Shown here: positions 52,608 through 61,985 of the stretch, piece after piece
Layout: every line of letters begins with the position of its first letter
How positions within the stretch are numbered: position 1 is the stretch's first letter
From: Rhodothermales bacterium
Lineage (GTDB): Bacteria > Bacteroidota > Rhodothermia > Rhodothermales > Bin80
Direction of reading: 5' to 3'
DNA: 64,000 bases
NCBI GenBank assembly: GCA_965208025.1
Contig: OZ242302.1
Location: forward strand, 176,696-240,695
The notes under the pieces: generated by a model
What the model was told of the DNA's origin: nothing
Databases searched by the model: none
Seen by the model: the letters and a program-made list of their open reading frames with translations, nothing else
Position numbers and translations under genes: made by a program

Positions 52608-54836
52608 ATGACCAATTATAACATAATGAGATATAGCAACCCAACCTATCCAATTCTTCTCATCTGTTTGTTGATGGTGGGTATTACGGAATCAGTCAGT
52701 GCTCAGGAAGCTCGTAGTTTGGTTGTAGGCCCCGTGCTCTATTCCACTAATGAGGCGATGACCGATGATGCTTTGAGTTGGCCCAGAGATCGACCCGTTA
52801 GCGGGGCTAGAAAGGCCATGCTTGACGTGAATGCTGTGATTATTGGTGTGGAGCGCACTTGGACGGATGCCAGTAACGTGACCCGTGATATTCAAGTTGC
52901 TCAGATCGGCCGTCGGAAGTTTTCCGATATTGAATTGGTTACTCCAGCCGTTTCTGGGGCATTCAGTCGAACATTCCGAACACCATACCCAGCAAAAATT
53001 TTGGATGGAAACGAGTGGACACCTCAATTAGCGAAGGATGATCCGGTTGATTCAAATCTACCCTCGGATATCGTCATACGCAGTCATTTGAATACATGGA
53101 CAGGTATCGATATAGAGCGATGGATCTATGGATTCACGAATGATGATCATGACGATTACATTATCATGGAGTACCGATTTACGAACGTTTCAGGGGAGGT
53201 TCGGAACAACGTTTATTTTGGTCTGCAGGCTCAGACTCATGCGAACACTTATTATCCTGCTGACCTTTGGGGTAATTACTACGGAGCCACATATGCCAGT
53301 TATGCTGGAGGAGATCTTTCTGCGGACTCATTGCGCTTATGGTATTCTTGGGACGCGGATCAGACCAGTAACACCTCCGTAGATACCCGAGGTAAACCAG
53401 GGGGGCTTTGGGGGAATTTTCAGGAACCACAATTTTTTGGTCATGTGGTACTCCACGCCGATACCTCACCGTCCGATGAAACTGACGATCCTTCCCAGCC
53501 GCGAAAGGCAGGTTGGTCACAGCGCGAGTTAGCCCCTGACCTAAATGTGGCTGGACATGAAGATATTTACGCCTACCTGAAAGATGGATGGGATTCGGCA
53601 AATCCAGGTGCTTATGGCGTGACCGTAGACGAAACAAGTGCTCTCACGCCAGAAGGGCCTTATCGGATACTTGATCCCAATCTTGGTCCAACAGGCGATC
53701 CGAGTGTGGACATCAATAACACCACTCAGTTTGATCCATTAACTGAGCAAGAGAAAACGGCTCTGTTTAGTTTCGGCCCCTATACTCTTAATCCAGGTGA
53801 AGATATTCGGATTGTCACAGCATATGTGGGTGGTAGCATTCCTTACCGCTGGGCAATTGATGCAGGCGCCGCGTACCAAAGCGGTAACCCTCAGCAATTA
53901 CCCTTAGTCCCTCTTCCATATGATCTGCCCAATTATGATGGTAAATATATTGATCCTCTGAATCCAGATGAACTGAATGCGATTCGCGCTTACGTAAACG
54001 GTCAGGTTGTTGCTCCCCGAGGCTCAACTCTTGATAAAACCACCAAGAATGCTGTACTCAATTTAAGCCGTCCCCTGATGTTTTTGAATGCCAGCAAAGC
54101 GGTTCGTACTTGGAAGGGGGGCAATGTGAAATATGGACAGGGATCATTTAATATTCCATTCGCTCCTGCATCTCCATCCATTACTGGATTTTCGGAGGGA
54201 GATCAGGTACGTCTGAACTGGGGGAATGAGGCAAATGAAGATATGCGTTCCTCGTCTGTGGTGAGTTATCGTATTTATCGTGAAGCCACTCGACCTGCCG
54301 CGCTTGCATCCCCCACAGACACTACGTTTATACTTCATGAAGAATTGCCCGCGGGGACCCGTGAGTATATTGATACACGAGTGACCAGAGGTGAAGACTA
54401 TTACTATTACATCGTAGCCGTCAATAGCGATGGAATAGAGGGGAGTCGATTCTTGAATCGAACTGGTGTAACGAGTGACAAATTTCTTGAAGCACTCACT
54501 CCAACCCGCACCCCCGACGATAATTGGCAGGAGAATGTGGTGGTGGTCCCCAATCCATTCCACTCCCGTGGCGCATTTAATTACGAAGAGGCGCGACGTC
54601 TGACGTTTCTCAATCTACCTGCATATGCCAATATTCACATCTACACTGTCACTGGAGATCGAGTTCAAACCATTGAACATCGCTCTGGCACTGGAGATGC
54701 GGATTGGGAACGACAGCAAACATTTAGCACGACTCAAATTGTGAGTGGGATCTATATTTATGTTGTGGAAGAGCTGGACGAATTTGGAAGTCCCACAGGC
54801 AACCAAGTCGTCGAAAAGTTCGTGGTCATTAAATAA
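52608..54836 (+). CDS. Secreted protein with FN3 domain and T9SS-type C-terminal sorting-like domain
   Basis: Signal peptide; FN3 (APASPS..VRLNW..YRIYR..YIDT.V..G..YYYYIVAVN); CTD-like tail VVPNPF..LTFLNLP..IHIYTVTG..SGIYIYVV..KFVVIK. Confidence 0.75.
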   Translation: MTNYNIMRYSNPTYPILLICLLMVGITESVSAQEARSLVVGPVLYSTNEAMTDDALSWPRDRPVSGARKAMLDVNAVIIGVERTWTDASNVTRDIQVAQIGRRKFSDIELVTPAVSGAFSRTFRTPYPAKILDGNEWTPQLAKDDPVDSNLPSDIVIRSHLNTWTGIDIERWIYGFTNDDHDDYIIMEYRFTNVSGEVRNNVYFGLQAQTHANTYYPADLWGNYYGATYASYAGGDLSADSLRLWYSWDADQTSNTSVDTRGKPGGLWGNFQEPQFFGHVVLHADTSPSDETDDPSQPRKAGWSQRELAPDLNVAGHEDIYAYLKDGWDSANPGAYGVTVDETSALTPEGPYRILDPNLGPTGDPSVDINNTTQFDPLTEQEKTALFSFGPYTLNPGEDIRIVTAYVGGSIPYRWAIDAGAAYQSGNPQQLPLVPLPYDLPNYDGKYIDPLNPDELNAIRAYVNGQVVAPRGSTLDKTTKNAVLNLSRPLMFLNASKAVRTWKGGNVKYGQGSFNIPFAPASPSITGFSEGDQVRLNWGNEANEDMRSSSVVSYRIYREATRPAALASPTDTTFILHEELPAGTREYIDTRVTRGEDYYYYIVAVNSDGIEGSRFLNRTGVTSDKFLEALTPTRTPDDNWQENVVVVPNPFHSRGAFNYEEARRLTFLNLPAYANIHIYTVTGDRVQTIEHRSGTGDADWERQQTFSTTQIVSGIYIYVVEELDEFGSPTGNQVVEKFVVIK

Positions 54837-54846
54837 ATAGAATACC

Positions 54847-55893
54847 ATGAAAAATATTAAGACTTCATTATTGTGTGCGGTTCTGCTTTGTCTACTGAAT
54901 GCCTCGCCTGTTTTCTCCCAGGCTGTGAAGTATGCACAATCTGGATTAGGCTTCCTTCAAATTGCCCCATCCGCTGATGTTGCGGCTCTTGGTGGTACAT
55001 ATGTCGCCACTACTGGAAAGGCCTCTTCAATTTATTCAAATCCTGCGAGTCTTGCCATGGTTGAGGGCGTTGACGTATCAGCAGGTTACGTCCAATGGAT
55101 TGCGGATATTGCCTTGTATAGCCTTGCAGCGGCCACGCACGTAAATAATGTGGGTGTGTTTGGTGTTAGTCTCATATCCATGGATTATGGAACTTTGAAA
55201 GGGACTCGTCCATGGCAGGCAGGAGATGATCCAGGCTTGCGGGATCAAGGGTTTATTGATTTAGGCAGCTTTACTGTAAACGACTTTGCATTGGGTCTCG
55301 CCTATAGCCGTGAAATTACCACACAATTCTTTGTTGGTGCAAATTTACGCTATGTCCGCCAAGACTTGAGTCCAGATATTAATGTTGCAATTATTGATGC
55401 AATCACTGGAGATATCATTGACAATAGTGAAAATGTAGTCTCAAACATTGTGTTTGATTTTGGAACGCTGTACTACCCTGGATTTCATGACTTACGTTTT
55501 GGGGCTACGTTACGAAATTTCTCAAATCAGAGTGACTATTACGATCAGCGGTTTGAACTCCCTCTGACCCTTGACTTTGGTATCGCTATGGATGTGCTCA
55601 AGTTGTTTAATTCGTCTGGTTCAGGCAACAGTCAGTTAACTTTTGCTGCTGATTGGGTTCATCCTCGAGATTACACTGAACGTCTTCATGTCGGTCTTGA
55701 ATTTGGCTTTATTAATACGTTCTTTCTTCGTGGAGGTTATAAGTTCAACTATGATGAGGAAAGTGTAACGGCTGGATTAGGGGTAAATCTAAGTACTGGT
55801 GGATATGGTCTCAGGGCGGATTATTCCTATTCGGCTTTTGGTGATTTCTTTGGCGCTGCCAACCGACTCTCTGTTTCGCTCTTGCTTAAGTAG
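54847..55893 (+). CDS. PorV/PorQ-family outer-membrane beta-barrel
   Basis: FLQIAPSA..AALGG, SIYSNPASL, alternating barrel strands, FLRGGY and DYSYS.FG...RLS C-terminus. Confidence 0.8.
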   Translation: MKNIKTSLLCAVLLCLLNASPVFSQAVKYAQSGLGFLQIAPSADVAALGGTYVATTGKASSIYSNPASLAMVEGVDVSAGYVQWIADIALYSLAAATHVNNVGVFGVSLISMDYGTLKGTRPWQAGDDPGLRDQGFIDLGSFTVNDFALGLAYSREITTQFFVGANLRYVRQDLSPDINVAIIDAITGDIIDNSENVVSNIVFDFGTLYYPGFHDLRFGATLRNFSNQSDYYDQRFELPLTLDFGIAMDVLKLFNSSGSGNSQLTFAADWVHPRDYTERLHVGLEFGFINTFFLRGGYKFNYDEESVTAGLGVNLSTGGYGLRADYSYSAFGDFFGAANRLSVSLLLK

Positions 55894-56308
55894 AACACTG
55901 CTTAAAATTGCTGAATAATTACAGGGGGCGGTCCCCTACGATTGCTTACATCCTTGGAGTAGATCTATTTGTACTCCTGGTTGCTCTTGGGGTGGTTCGT
56001 TCGGTATTGGAAGTTGGGTGTTATACTTCCGGGTTGATTCCGTTAATTTCTCTTCGTGCCATTCCCTTGATTGATCGTATTTCATCTTGGCTAGGTTTAC
56101 CCGTTTAGCAGTTACACTTATTTTTGTGTGTTTCAATTTTCAAACTGATTCCTGTTCTCCTGGGCTCACTGGATCAACTTTCCACCAAGTATTCGCCGTT
56201 CAAAGAAGTTAACTTAATTTCTTGATGATCTGGAGTTAGACCGACAGACATCGGTCATTCTGCCTGCAGAATCGCTTTTATCGGATGAAGTAGTTGTTGG
56301 TTTTGACT

Positions 56309-56421
56309 ATTTCATCTCGTAGGGTGGTTAACTTTCAATAATTTTGCCCCACCGTAGGCGCTTTCTTATCAAGATATCAGGTGGTTAAGGCACTTCCTTC
56401 AGTATGTTCTCGCCCCCTTAT
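56309..56421 (+). repeat. 113-bp target-site direct repeat (left)
   Basis: Identical to 58345-58457 and abuts the IS inverted repeat exactly. Confidence 0.95.
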
Positions 56422-58344
56422 CCTGACTTCGACGGTTTGCAATTTTCTGAAAACAAAGAGAGCCTTATTTTTCAGTGGATACAGGTCTTTTGAAAAGAGT
56501 GTTCAGACAACTTTGAACACTACAAACACCGTCGGTTTTACCGCTTTTTGCGGTCTGAATACCAGACGTTAAGCAATCACTTGGGAGGCGGGTTACGGGT
56601 CTTTCTCCAAGGGTACGGTCTGGCGCTGAATCGTCAACCCCATCGCTTTGTAAAGCCGAACTTTTGTACTGCTCGCCGCCGACGGGATCGCAAAATGACG
56701 CTGGGTCGTCTTGTCTCGTACCACGGACACCTCTACTTCACGCAACTGAGCCAAAATCTGTCCCTCACTGATGGGCGCCTCCGCGCCATGTCGCGTGTTG
56801 TAGATTCGACGCAGAATGCGCAGCATCGCAAAGGTGGCAAAGCATATGGCAATGTGCGCGCGGACGCGGCGCTCAGTCCAGTGAAACACCGGACGAACCG
56901 CCATGGTATGCTTTAACACACGAAAGCCTTCCTCAATCTGCCATAATCCCCCGTATGGCCGCTGCATTCAGCTTCACCGCATTCCGGTTCACGTTCAAGT
57001 AACGACCCTTCTGACCCGATCCCTTGACCCCAGATGCCAAACGCTTCTGGGCTTTCGTTACCGCCTTCTCTCGTTCGTGTGCGTCCTTGGCCGCACGATT
57101 TGGACAATATCGCACGATGAGCCGCCTCCCCCCAATCCGCACTTCGCTTACCTTGCGCCCATCCGCGGTGGACTGCCACTTGAGGGTGCCCGTAACCTTA
57201 CGCAATTCCTCCGCCTTCATTGAGCGCAAACGGGCCGCAACCACATAGTCATGCCCCATACTTTGCAGTAAGGCGACATTGTCCGCACTCAGCATCCCAG
57301 AATCCGCCACAACCACCACACGGTCCAATGCAAAACGGGCCTTCAACGAGGTGATCGCTGGCTCCAGTGTCTTTACGTCCGCGGTGTTGCCTTCAAACAA
57401 CTCATAGCCGACGGGCAGTCCGTCATGGGTCTGCATCAGGGCCAAGACCACCTGCACACGAGTATGCTTCCCATCTTTACTGTATCCCTTCTTGCGGAGT
57501 CCGTCGGGCTTGTCCGAAGCAAACGCCAGCGTGGTCACATCAAAAAACAGTACATCCAGCTTGCTTCCGAGTAAGTCGGTCACCTCCCGGGCCACGATCG
57601 ACTGCAACTGCGCAATGCGCCGATCATCTACCGCATCCATCATGCGGTAAAACTTGTGGACCGGGACTTCCACGCCATCTTCCTTGGACAGTTGCCGCGC
57701 ATGCGCCAGTTTGCTGTCGCCAGGGGATCCTAGACGTAACAATACGGCTTGCCTGAATAGACGCGCAGCCATTGCATGCCGTTTGGAAAACAACTGATCG
57801 AACCCCATCCGCATATACAAGGCCCCAAACACCTCATGAAAGCCCACACAGATCCGCTTGACCTCCTCCAGCTTGCGGATATCTTCCAGCGGGATGGGCT
57901 GGTCGGACGGTTTCCTACGTCGGGCCTCCAATGCGGCATGCGCACTATGCTCCGACGGAAACAAGGACGGCTTGATCTCTTCTTCAATCCGCAATCGTTC
58001 CTGTTCCGCAATGTGCAGGAGGGCCTCCAATGCCGGGCCTTCGGGGGCCGTGCCCATATAGCGCACGATCCTCTGCCGCACTTTACCATCCTTTGTGCGG
58101 TCATTGCGCACGATCTGGACAGCAATGTTTTGGGTCGTCTTTCGTTTGAGTTTGCGGACGAACATGATACAGGTAAGATACGGCACAGGATTCAAATATC
58201 CAAATCAAAAAACAGACTGAACACTACATATTGAGAACTCGAAAAACAGGGCTAAAATGGCCCCAAATACCCCAAAAAAGCCCAAAAATCACTCAAAAAT
58301 GGCTATTTTGCCCTCCAAGTCAACACCTACCTGTCGAAGTCAGG
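56422..58344 (-). mobile_element. IS1634-family insertion sequence (1923 bp)
   Basis: Perfect 12-bp IRs CCTGACTTCGAC/GTCGAAGTCAGG, 113-bp flanking DR, higher GC than flanks and an IS1634-type transposase. Confidence 0.93.
56593..58165 (-). pseudogene. IS1634 transposase, frameshifted by apparent internal deletion near 56955
   Basis: ORF1 has FFDVTT, GYSKDGK, FEGNTAD and VADSG. The catalytic LWQIEEGFR..K..RPVFHW..RVRAH lies in another frame. Confidence 0.88.
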
Positions 58345-58457
58345 ATTTCATCTCGTAGGGTGGTTAACTTTCAATAATTTTGCCCCACCGTAGGCGCTTT
58401 CTTATCAAGATATCAGGTGGTTAAGGCACTTCCTTCAGTATGTTCTCGCCCCCTTAT
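58345..58457 (+). repeat. 113-bp target-site direct repeat (right)
   Basis: Identical to 56309-56421. Confidence 0.95.
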
Positions 58458-58654
58458 TCTGTCTCGGATACAGCTTCAGAGTTTAGCTCCAGATGATTTG
58501 GATCAAGAAAATGAGAAAATATGGTGTGAATCCATTCTTATTTAAGTAAGTATTACGTGAAAATGTGAAGAATTCAGCATTGCTGGGCTCTCTTCATTAA
58601 TTCTCTTGAATCTGTATTACTGTTAAAACTTCTAAGTCAGGTCAAACAAAGTGA

Positions 58655-59725
58655 ATGCTAAGCACCGGGATTGAGCGTCTCAAACTGGCACATTTTAAGT
58701 ATCAGGTTCCCAAGGAACTGATTGCCAAGTATCCTGCTGATCCCAGAGACTCCTCCCGATTGATGGTCATTGATCGTGCTAAGGAGTCCATAGAGCATCG
58801 TCATTTTCGTGATATTGGTGAGTACTTTTCCAATGGCGATGTATTAGTTGTGAACGACACGAAGGTATTTCCCGCTCGATTGCACGGAAAAAAAGAGAAA
58901 ACTGGCGCAGATATTGAAGTATTTCTACTGAGAGAACTGAACTCCCAAAGTAGACTCTGGGATGTAATCGTAGATCCTGCGCGGAAAATCCGAATTGGAA
59001 ATAAACTCTTTTTTAAGAACGGCCTTGCTGCCGAAGTCATTGATAATACCACCTCTCGTGGTCGTACGATTCGTTTTGACTGTGATGGTGATAACGAAAT
59101 GCTGTATCGTATGATTGATGAAGAAGGATCAACCCCCTTACCCCCTTACATCAAGAGAGAGGTTGAAGAAGCCGATGATGCACGGTATCAGACGGTTTTT
59201 GCGGAGAATCGGGGAGCCGTTGCTGCGCCAACTGCGGGACTTCACTTCACGACTCGGCTGGTGAATGAGTTGATTCAGAATGGAGTTCAGATCGTACCCA
59301 TTACACTTCATGTAGGATTGGGCACCTTTAGCTATGTAGGGGTAGAGGACTTGACCAAGCATCGGATGAACTCTGAATACTACTCAGTTTCGGAGACCAC
59401 TGCCACTTCGGTAAACCATGCCCTTGATTCAAGTATCAATCATGTGACCATTTGCGGCACGACGGTGGTCCGTGCAGTGGAAACGAGCCTTACCGTTTCG
59501 CGTCACCTAAAAGCCAAGTCGGGCTGGACGGATAAATTTATATACCCTCCCTACGAATTTGCCGTAACCGAGCGCCTCATCACCAATTTTCATATGCCTG
59601 CAAGTACGCTCATGATGCTCACTGCAGCATTCGCTGGATATGAACTTCTCAAAGAAGCCTATGCGATTGCGATAGAAGAGAAGTATCGGCTCTATTCCTT
59701 CGGTGACGCCATGTTGATTCTATAG
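58655..59725 (+). CDS. queA: S-adenosylmethionine:tRNA ribosyltransferase-isomerase
   Basis: NDTKVFPARL, PLPPYI, AAPTAGLHF, LHVGLGTF, TNFH and SFGDAM. Confidence 0.96.
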   Translation: MLSTGIERLKLAHFKYQVPKELIAKYPADPRDSSRLMVIDRAKESIEHRHFRDIGEYFSNGDVLVVNDTKVFPARLHGKKEKTGADIEVFLLRELNSQSRLWDVIVDPARKIRIGNKLFFKNGLAAEVIDNTTSRGRTIRFDCDGDNEMLYRMIDEEGSTPLPPYIKREVEEADDARYQTVFAENRGAVAAPTAGLHFTTRLVNELIQNGVQIVPITLHVGLGTFSYVGVEDLTKHRMNSEYYSVSETTATSVNHALDSSINHVTICGTTVVRAVETSLTVSRHLKAKSGWTDKFIYPPYEFAVTERLITNFHMPASTLMMLTAAFAGYELLKEAYAIAIEEKYRLYSFGDAMLIL

Positions 59726-59728
59726 CCT

Positions 59729-60409
59729 ATGGTTGCTGTTGTGATCCCGGCAGCAGGATCAGGTTCACGTTTGGGAGGAGTGCCTAAACAATTGCGAGTT
59801 ATGGGCCATGACTCTGTGCTTTACCATACCGTTCGAACGTTTGATCACCATCCTGCGATCACTCAAATTGTGGTCGCCGCTGCTTCCAATGCGCTTGAGA
59901 TCACCAAAGAGATTCTAATGCCTATGGAAAAACCTTGTCAGGTTGTTTCTGGAGGGGCAACCCGGCAGGAGTCCGTACAGGCGGGGTTGAATGCTCTCAA
60001 TGAACCCGTCCAGATTGTGTTGATTCATGATGCAGCTCGCCCATTTGTCTCTGAGCAACTCATTACCAAGGTCGTTGCGTCAACCGAGACCCATGGAGCA
60101 GCGGCAGTCGCACTGCCTGTCGCAGATACTGTACGCTATGGAGAGAGAGGATTCTTTACCGAATCCATCTCTCGGGAGGGACTCTACGCAATGCAGACGC
60201 CGCAAGGGTTTAAGTATGATCTGCTCATGGATGCATTCCAACGGGCCAAAGACAATATCTCGGCAGCTACGGACGATGTTGCACTTCTGTATCATATTGG
60301 TAAAAAAGTGAAGATTATTGATGGAGATCAAATGAATTTTAAAATCACTACCCAGTCGGACTGGGAGTGGGCGCTGAAAATGTGGAAAAACATGAATTCT
60401 ACCACATGA
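59729..60409 (+). CDS. ispD: 2-C-methyl-D-erythritol 4-phosphate cytidylyltransferase
   Basis: PAAGSGSR..PKQ, GGATRQES, HDAARP, QTPQ and KITT. Confidence 0.95.
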   Translation: MVAVVIPAAGSGSRLGGVPKQLRVMGHDSVLYHTVRTFDHHPAITQIVVAAASNALEITKEILMPMEKPCQVVSGGATRQESVQAGLNALNEPVQIVLIHDAARPFVSEQLITKVVASTETHGAAAVALPVADTVRYGERGFFTESISREGLYAMQTPQGFKYDLLMDAFQRAKDNISAATDDVALLYHIGKKVKIIDGDQMNFKITTQSDWEWALKMWKNMNSTT

Positions 60410-60894
60410 ATTTCAGGGTTGGCATTGGGTATGATGTTCATCAACTGATTGAAGGACGTCCTCTCATATTAGGTGGAATTACGATCCCGCACTCACTGGG
60501 ATTAGCTGGTCATTCGGATGCGGATGTATTGTTGCATGCCATTTCTGATGCTCTCTTAGGTGCAGCAGCCTTGGGAGATATCGGTGTTCATTTCCCAGAT
60601 TCAGATGATAAATGGAAGGGAGCCAACAGTCGGGAACTTCTGCGTAGTGTGAACATGCTCCTATCAAGAGATGGTTATCATGTAGTCAATGTTGATGCTA
60701 CCGTTGCGCTCGAGCGGCCGAAGATTCGCACGTATATAGATCGGATGAGGCAGGTAATTTCTGAAGATTTGGGAATTCAAGTCAGTCAGGTTTCAGTGAA
60801 GGCAACCACATCGGAAGGATTGGGAATGGTGGGACATGAGGAAGGGGTTGCCGCGTGGGCGGTTGGTCTACTCTCTGCCAATAATAGGTCCTAG
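60406..60894 (+). CDS. ispF: 2-C-methyl-D-erythritol 2,4-cyclodiphosphate synthase
   Basis: GYDVH, GHSDADV, GDIG and KATTSE. ATGA overlap with ispD. Confidence 0.95.
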   Translation: MNFRVGIGYDVHQLIEGRPLILGGITIPHSLGLAGHSDADVLLHAISDALLGAAALGDIGVHFPDSDDKWKGANSRELLRSVNMLLSRDGYHVVNVDATVALERPKIRTYIDRMRQVISEDLGIQVSQVSVKATTSEGLGMVGHEEGVAAWAVGLLSANNRS

Positions 60895-60901
60895 CCTTCC
60901 A

Positions 60902-61525
60902 ATGGAAGAGATCTTTTCCCAACTCCTTGGTAGAATCACCGAAGTACCCGTGATATGGGGGTACATGGTGGTTTTCTTGATTGCATGGCTAGAAAATGTT
61001 TTCCCCCCCATACCGGGAGATGTGCTTGTCGTATTTGGGGGATATTTGGCTGCTATTGGCCCAATGTCTCTCTTTGCTGTAATCCTTTATAGCACACTGG
61101 GAGGAACGATCGGATTTATGTGCATGTACTATGTGGGACGCTTTGGAGGCCCGAAACTCCTTGAATCAAGAGCACTCCGCTGGCTACCCGTAGAGTCGGT
61201 TTCCCGAGTACAAAATTGGATTCGTTCTAGGGGATACACCGTTATAGCGGCAAATCGGTTTTTGAGTGGCGCCCGTACCGTGATTTCCTTTACGGTTGGA
61301 TTGAGTCAAATGCCCCCTTGGCCCGTGGGGCTTTTTGCTTTATTGAGTGCAACTGTTTGGGTGTCTATCATTGCAATGTTGGGCTATCTGGTAGGAGATG
61401 AGTGGGAACGCGTTGTAGACTATCTATCCCAATATGGGAAACTGATTTCAGGGCTAATCCTCCTCTTTCTAGGATGGCAATTATATAAGGCGATCAAACG
61501 AAATCGTCTAAATCACGTTAAATAA
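60902..61525 (+). CDS. DedA family membrane protein
   Basis: ENVFPPIPGD, RFLSGAR and TM pattern. Confidence 0.9.
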   Translation: MEEIFSQLLGRITEVPVIWGYMVVFLIAWLENVFPPIPGDVLVVFGGYLAAIGPMSLFAVILYSTLGGTIGFMCMYYVGRFGGPKLLESRALRWLPVESVSRVQNWIRSRGYTVIAANRFLSGARTVISFTVGLSQMPPWPVGLFALLSATVWVSIIAMLGYLVGDEWERVVDYLSQYGKLISGLILLFLGWQLYKAIKRNRLNHVK

Positions 61526-61574
61526 CAATATTTTACGTATATTGATCGGCTGTAGTGTAATTGAAATTCTCTTC

Positions 61575-61647
61575 GCTGGCGTAGCTCAGCTGGTAGAGCA
61601 GCTGATTTGTAATCAGCAGGTCGGGGGTTCAAGTCCCTTCGCCAGCT
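61575..61647 (+). tRNA. tRNA-Thr(TGT)
   Basis: GCTGGCG/CGCCAGC acceptor stem, anticodon arm CTGAT-TTGTAAT-CAG and GTTCAA T-loop. Confidence 0.95.
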
Positions 61648-61709
61648 CTTCATGATTCACCAAACAGTGGCACAAGAACCAGATAATCTCATACAATGAC
61701 TGGATTGTG

Positions 61710-61791
61710 GGGCAGGTACCCAAGTGGCCAACGGGGGCAGACTGTAAATCTGCTGGCTCAGCCTTCGGAGGTTCGAATCCTTCCCTGCCCA
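61710..61791 (+). tRNA. tRNA-Tyr(GTA)
   Basis: GGGCAGG/CCTGCCC stem, GCAGA-CTGTAAA-TCTGC, long variable arm and GTTCGAAT. Confidence 0.95.
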
Positions 61792-61796
61792 CACCA

Positions 61797-61869
61797 GCGG
61801 GAGTAGCTCAGTTGGTAGAGCATTAGCCTTCCAAGCTAAATGTCGCGAGTTCGACCCTCGTCTCCCGCT
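61797..61869 (+). tRNA. tRNA-Gly(TCC)
   Basis: GCGGGAG/CTCCCGC stem, TTAGC-CTTCCAA-GCTAA and GTTCGA. Confidence 0.95.
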
Positions 61870-61880
61870 CAATCATCACT

Positions 61881-61952
<72 letters not shown>

Positions 61953-61985
61953 CAAATCAATCACAAATAATTATAGATTTCCATC

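Noticed and set aside
55908-56108. 66-aa hydrophobic ORF after the PorV-family gene
   Set aside because: It has a TTG start and no recognisable family; it may be a pseudogene remnant but cannot be supported as a gene.
56309-56421. CRISPR repeat or phage att site interpretation of the 113-bp repeat
   Set aside because: There are only two copies, exactly abutting IS inverted repeats, with no spacers, cas genes or integrase.
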